Made by a program: the position numbers and the translations under genes. Below the pieces are notes generated by a model that worked only from the letters and a program-made list of their open reading frames with translations, did no database searches and was not told the origin of the DNA. 64,000 bases of DNA. Source: Patescibacteria group bacterium (GTDB lineage: Bacteria > Patescibacteriota > Minisyncoccia > Phycocordibacterales > UBA918). The stretch lies in assembly GCA_019750255.1 (NCBI GenBank), contig JAIEOU010000004.1, positions 63,116 through 127,115 on the forward strand, in the 5' to 3' direction. Position 1 is the first letter of the stretch. The number at the start of each line of letters is the position of its first letter. Of this stretch, positions 60,966 to 64,000 are shown in pieces.

Positions 60966-62069
60966 CTACTTACCAGACTTTCGGCGGTTGCAGTCCTTGC
61001 ACAACATTTGGCAATTTTCTGCGGTAGTTTTCCCGCCCTCGTGCCATGGGGTAATGTGGTCGGCTTCCATTTCTCCAATTTCAAACTGACTACCGCATTT
61101 CGGGCAGATACCTTTCTGGCGCTCGTAGGCTTCACGTTTCATTTTGTCGTTGAAAGCGCGGATTGAAAGGTGACGCTCTTGGCGGGTAAGAACGTACGGA
61201 TAAATACCAGACTTTTTAGTAACGTCCTCGTCTTGCATCAGAGTCGAGATTTCTTCCTCTAGTTTTACAGCGTTGAGTTTCTTGCCATTGTACTCGTTGT
61301 GTAGCTCGCCCCAATTTACGCTCGCCATTTCTCGGCGGTAATTTGGAAACGTCTGGCGCACCCACGCTATAACGCTTTGAAAATACTCCCACAACTCATT
61401 GGCATTTTTGTCGTGCTGGTGTTTTGCCATGTAGCCGGCAACTTCATCGTTATTGATCCAAGAAAGTGCTGTTTCGAGGTATTCTTGGCGGATTGGTGAG
61501 CCAGTGAGTAGTGCACCACCATCGTTAGCAAGCAAGTATGCCGCACAACCAGACTTACTAAATTTGAGTTTTGCATCTGAGAGCCACTCGCCAGTGTATA
61601 CAGCGTTTTTCAGTTCTTGCGGGGTAAGTTTTTCTCCTGCAATGTTGATTATTTCAAACCAGTCCAATTTTTCTTTATCCGTTCCTTCGCAGTGGTAAAT
61701 CATTAGTTCGTAGTCTAAAATCTGCTCCTGTTCCTCTTTGGTGAGGTTATGGAACATGGCGGTACGCCCATTAAAATCTACTGAGAAGTCATTATTTACA
61801 AACTGACCGATACTGATAGTTCGCTGCTGTCCGTCGAGTACTTCAAAACTTCCTTCACTTGTCTTGACCCAATACATCACGTTGAGGGGAAAGCCTTTCT
61901 TGACAGTATCAATTACCGCATTACGTTGCTTTTCTTTGTAGACAAACTCTCGTTGGTATTTTGGGCGCACATCGAGCTTGCCACCATAGGCAACTACACC
62001 TTCCTCGTTGTTGTCTGCATAGCCAGCGACAACGTCTCGTATCTTAATTCTGTATAGTTCGATTTTCAT
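60966..62069 (-). CDS. DUF262 (ParB/GmrS-like) + HNH endonuclease fusion, GmrSD-family-like nuclease
   Basis: N-terminal DUF262 signature RPKYQREFVW...LDGQQRT; C-terminal HNH CPKCG...DHITPWHEGG...NCQMLCKDCN; ATGA overlap with upstream MTase stop. Confidence 0.8.
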   Translation of the reverse strand: MKIELYRIKIRDVVAGYADNNEEGVVAYGGKLDVRPKYQREFVYKEKQRNAVIDTVKKGFPLNVMYWVKTSEGSFEVLDGQQRTISIGQFVNNDFSVDFNGRTAMFHNLTKEEQEQILDYELMIYHCEGTDKEKLDWFEIINIAGEKLTPQELKNAVYTGEWLSDAKLKFSKSGCAAYLLANDGGALLTGSPIRQEYLETALSWINNDEVAGYMAKHQHDKNANELWEYFQSVIAWVRQTFPNYRREMASVNWGELHNEYNGKKLNAVKLEEEISTLMQDEDVTKKSGIYPYVLTRQERHLSIRAFNDKMKREAYERQKGICPKCGSQFEIGEMEADHITPWHEGGKTTAENCQMLCKDCNRRKSGK

Positions 62070-63190
62070 ACTATTTTTTTTACTTTAAGATTTTTGATAA
62101 CGATACGGTCGTACAAGCGTTGGTACGTTCCATCTTTATTTCTAATGTAAAACCGTGGGCCACCAGGAGAGTATGTTCCTTTTTGAGCAAGTTTAGTCAT
62201 GGGTTCACCAAGTGTCTTGCTAGAACCAATAATTTCAAACTGCATTGGATTGTACTTGTCTATAAAGGTGATAGGTACGCCGATGTGACCTTCATAATCC
62301 ATCGGTATGTCAGAAACTTTCGAGACTTCAATTGCATTGTAATTAAAGTATGTTGGGTATTCAGAAGGTGTATATTTTTTATAAAGTACTTGCTCTTGAA
62401 ATCTTTTAGTAGTGTCCAAATTTGTAAACCAGTAAATCCTTCCCATACTAAAATACTTAATACCGTTCTCAATCTTTTTTCTTGATTCCGTTGGTATATC
62501 GTAGTCCATTGGTACCTGAAACCATTTAGTTCCACCATTATCATAACCAAGCCACAATTTGTTATCTTTGATGTAGTTGAAGGTTTCTTTATATGTTATA
62601 GCGTTTTGATCACCAAGAATTAAAAACTTTTTGTTGTATTCCATTAATTGAGCCACGTATTCACGAAATAGTGAGAAGGGTGGATTTGTAACAACAATAT
62701 CTGCCTGCTTAAGCAGCTCAATACTTTCTTCGCTCCTGAAGTCACCCTCACTCTCCATCGGAGACCATTCGTTATTTTTGTTTGCTTTAAGTTGTTCAGC
62801 AATATCGCGTAGGTCATAAGCGCAATCACCATCCAAATCGTGAACTTCGTTAATTATAAACTTGTTTGCTGTAGCTTTTGGGCGACCTTTCGGAGTCTCA
62901 AGTACTTGAACACCACCAAACAAGTCAATTTGTGTATTCGCAATGGGTGATGGCTTATAACTCGTTGCGATGAGACGCTTAAGTCCTAATGCATTAAAAT
63001 TACCTGCAAAGTACTTAAAAAAGTTGCTCTCAAACGGGTCGTCACAATTACAGTAGACGACCTTTCCTCGAAACTGCTCTTTGTAATGTTTGAGTTCCTT
63101 TTCAATATCAATGAGTTGAGTATAAAACTCATCTTTCTTTGCTTGTCCGGCCTTATTAAGACCCATATTTAAAGTTGGCTTTGTGCTCAT
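62066..63190 (-). CDS. N6-adenine DNA methyltransferase (EcoRI-methylase-like family)
   Basis: DIVVTNPPFS (motif IV NPPF); N-terminal KDEFYTQ...VVYCNCDDP resembling EcoRI-MTase family N-terminus (recollection, not searched). Confidence 0.75.
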   Translation of the reverse strand: MSTKPTLNMGLNKAGQAKKDEFYTQLIDIEKELKHYKEQFRGKVVYCNCDDPFESNFFKYFAGNFNALGLKRLIATSYKPSPIANTQIDLFGGVQVLETPKGRPKATANKFIINEVHDLDGDCAYDLRDIAEQLKANKNNEWSPMESEGDFRSEESIELLKQADIVVTNPPFSLFREYVAQLMEYNKKFLILGDQNAITYKETFNYIKDNKLWLGYDNGGTKWFQVPMDYDIPTESRKKIENGIKYFSMGRIYWFTNLDTTKRFQEQVLYKKYTPSEYPTYFNYNAIEVSKVSDIPMDYEGHIGVPITFIDKYNPMQFEIIGSSKTLGEPMTKLAQKGTYSPGGPRFYIRNKDGTYQRLYDRIVIKNLKVKKIV

Positions 63191-63191
63191 G

Positions 63192-63389
63192 TTACTTTTT
63201 CAAAAGGTCGTCTACCTTAACTTCGAGCGCGGTGGCAATTTTGGAAAGAGAGTTAATGGTGGGGTTTTGATTCGTGCCGTCCTCAATCTTCACAACGGTG
63301 CTAAGTGACACATCAGCAAGCCTGGCAACCCTTTCGAGTGAGTAACCTTTTTCGGCACGAATCTTTTTTATGTTACTCGCTATGCTCAT
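63192..63389 (-). CDS. XRE-family HTH transcriptional regulator (controller C-protein-like, 65 aa)
   Basis: IKKIRAEKGYSLERVARLADVSLSTVVKIEDG helix-turn-helix; stop 1 nt before MTase ATG. Confidence 0.8.
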   Translation of the reverse strand: MSIASNIKKIRAEKGYSLERVARLADVSLSTVVKIEDGTNQNPTINSLSKIATALEVKVDDLLKK

Positions 63390-63414
63390 AATCAGTATTG
63401 TGTAATTTGATACT

Positions 63415-63424
63415 AGTATTATAA
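63415..63424. promoter_or_regulatory. palindrome ATACTAGTAT overlapping a TATAAT-like -10, candidate C-box/operator for the XRE-MTase operon
   Basis: seen in sequence 26-35 bp upstream of the XRE start codon (minus strand). Confidence 0.35.
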
Positions 63425-63491
63425 TACAAAGTATGTACTCCTTATATCTTAATCATACGGGACTTTGGAGCATTTGCAATTTTACGGACTC

Positions 63492-63749
63492 ATTGCGGCG
63501 ACCCCCAACCAATGAAATATCCTTTCAATTTTTTGTCGGCTCCTCCCCAGACCCCTCCACCGAAAAATCAAAAAGTAAGGATATTTCATTGGTTGGGGGC
63601 GAGCGGTTAGCGAGCGGCGGGGCGCGCCACCACCCGCGTCGAGCGTACGGAGAGGAACAATGCCTCCACGCGCTCGGCGCGTGCGAAGCACGCGATTACA
63701 CGCTTTGCGAGGTGAAATGGGTTCGCGCAAAGGTAAGTATTTCATCACA
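63492..63749 (+). repeat. GC-rich repeat family, copy C (full, ~255 bp)
   Basis: perfect 21-bp inverted repeat arms 63502-63522 / 63579-63599 with 56-nt spacer, then core identical to copy A. Confidence 0.75.
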
Positions 63750-63911
63750 CATCGCTACTTCCTCGGAAGATAGCACCGAAGCAGGGCGCGGCGTAGCCGC
63801 GCCCACCGAGCAGAAACCGCCCCGCGCCATGCTGGCGCTCACGAAAACGGAGGGTGGGCGCTGCGCTAAATGAGTCCTCAATAGTTTTGTCGCTTTTGAA
63901 TCTAAAATTGT

Positions 63912-64000
63912 ATGTCCAAACCAAAATATTTTCTCTACGCCCGCAAAAGTACCGAAGACGATGACAAACAGGTTATGTCTATCGAGGCACAGCTCTTTGA
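63912..64000 (+). CDS. serine recombinase (resolvase/invertase or large serine recombinase), N-terminal fragment, truncated by window end
   Basis: MSKPKYFLYARKSTEDDDKQVMSIEAQL matches the catalytic N-terminus pattern YARVST..Q...S[IL]EAQ with nucleophile Ser. Confidence 0.55.
   Translation, partial: MSKPKYFLYARKSTEDDDKQVMSIEAQLF

Noticed and set aside
63643-63677. Hairpin GAGCGUACGGAGAGG...CCUCCACGCGCUC in the repeat core superficially like group II intron domain V (starts GAGC)
   Set aside because: The loop is not a GNRA tetraloop, the bulge is placed wrongly, and no intron-encoded RT or other intron domains are present.
63730-63742. aggtaagtat at the repeat boundary looks like a eukaryotic 5-prime splice site
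   Set aside because: Bacterial context. This is coincidental and is better explained as the conserved edge of the repeat.

Overview
This window looks like a small-genome, roughly 50% GC bacterium (possibly CPR/Patescibacteria-like; taxonomy is inference). Supporting traits are many short genes, weak Shine-Dalgarno usage, a short archaeal-type AspRS and unlinked L21/L27 genes.

About the first 55 kb is housekeeping:
- a sensor kinase, trpS, and a T-box-regulated aspS;
- pepA, scpA, scpB, a DD-carboxypeptidase, mraY, ftsW, murG, gltX and an M23 peptidase;
- a XerC/D-like recombinase, murI, pgi with a sugar kinase, and a LOG-family protein;
- rpmA, rplI, ctpA, cysS, dnaB, recR, rplU, rmuC, msrB, and a PIF1/RecD-like helicase;
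- two FAD enzymes, with Rho-independent terminators and small REP-like repeats at gene ends.

The last ~8 kb (55.8-64.0 kb) is an AT-rich accessory island and is the main point of interest. Three copies of a GC-rich ~150-255 bp repeat delimit two cassettes. Copy A (55873-56025, forward) lacks the hairpin. Copies B (56817-57070) and C (63492-63749) each carry a perfect 21-bp inverted-repeat hairpin and lie in inverted orientation to each other. A and B bracket a nucleotidyltransferase gene. B and C bracket a 6.4 kb segment. A serine recombinase gene starts just outside copy C and is truncated at the window edge.

The 6.4 kb segment carries a tightly coupled minus-strand operon: an XRE/C-protein-like HTH (65 aa), an EcoRI-family-like N6-adenine methyltransferase (NPPF motif), a DUF262(ParB/GmrS-like)+HNH nuclease, and a 325-aa unknown protein. 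It also carries a coiled-coil membrane protein, a secreted protein and a small ORF. This looks like a noncanonical restriction/defence module on a recombinase-associated, possibly invertible or mobile, cassette.

Other oddities:
- a bacterial SET-domain protein;
- a 450-bp GC-rich (high-GC3) intergenic segment with a Shine-Dalgarno-led 42-codon ORF;
- three self-terminated ORFan genes between cysS and dnaB;
- a duplicated terminator plus C-terminal codon module;
- a histone-H1-like lysine/alanine-rich N-terminal extension on an FAD oxidase;
- a (DE)n acidic tail on a secreted PG-binding protein.
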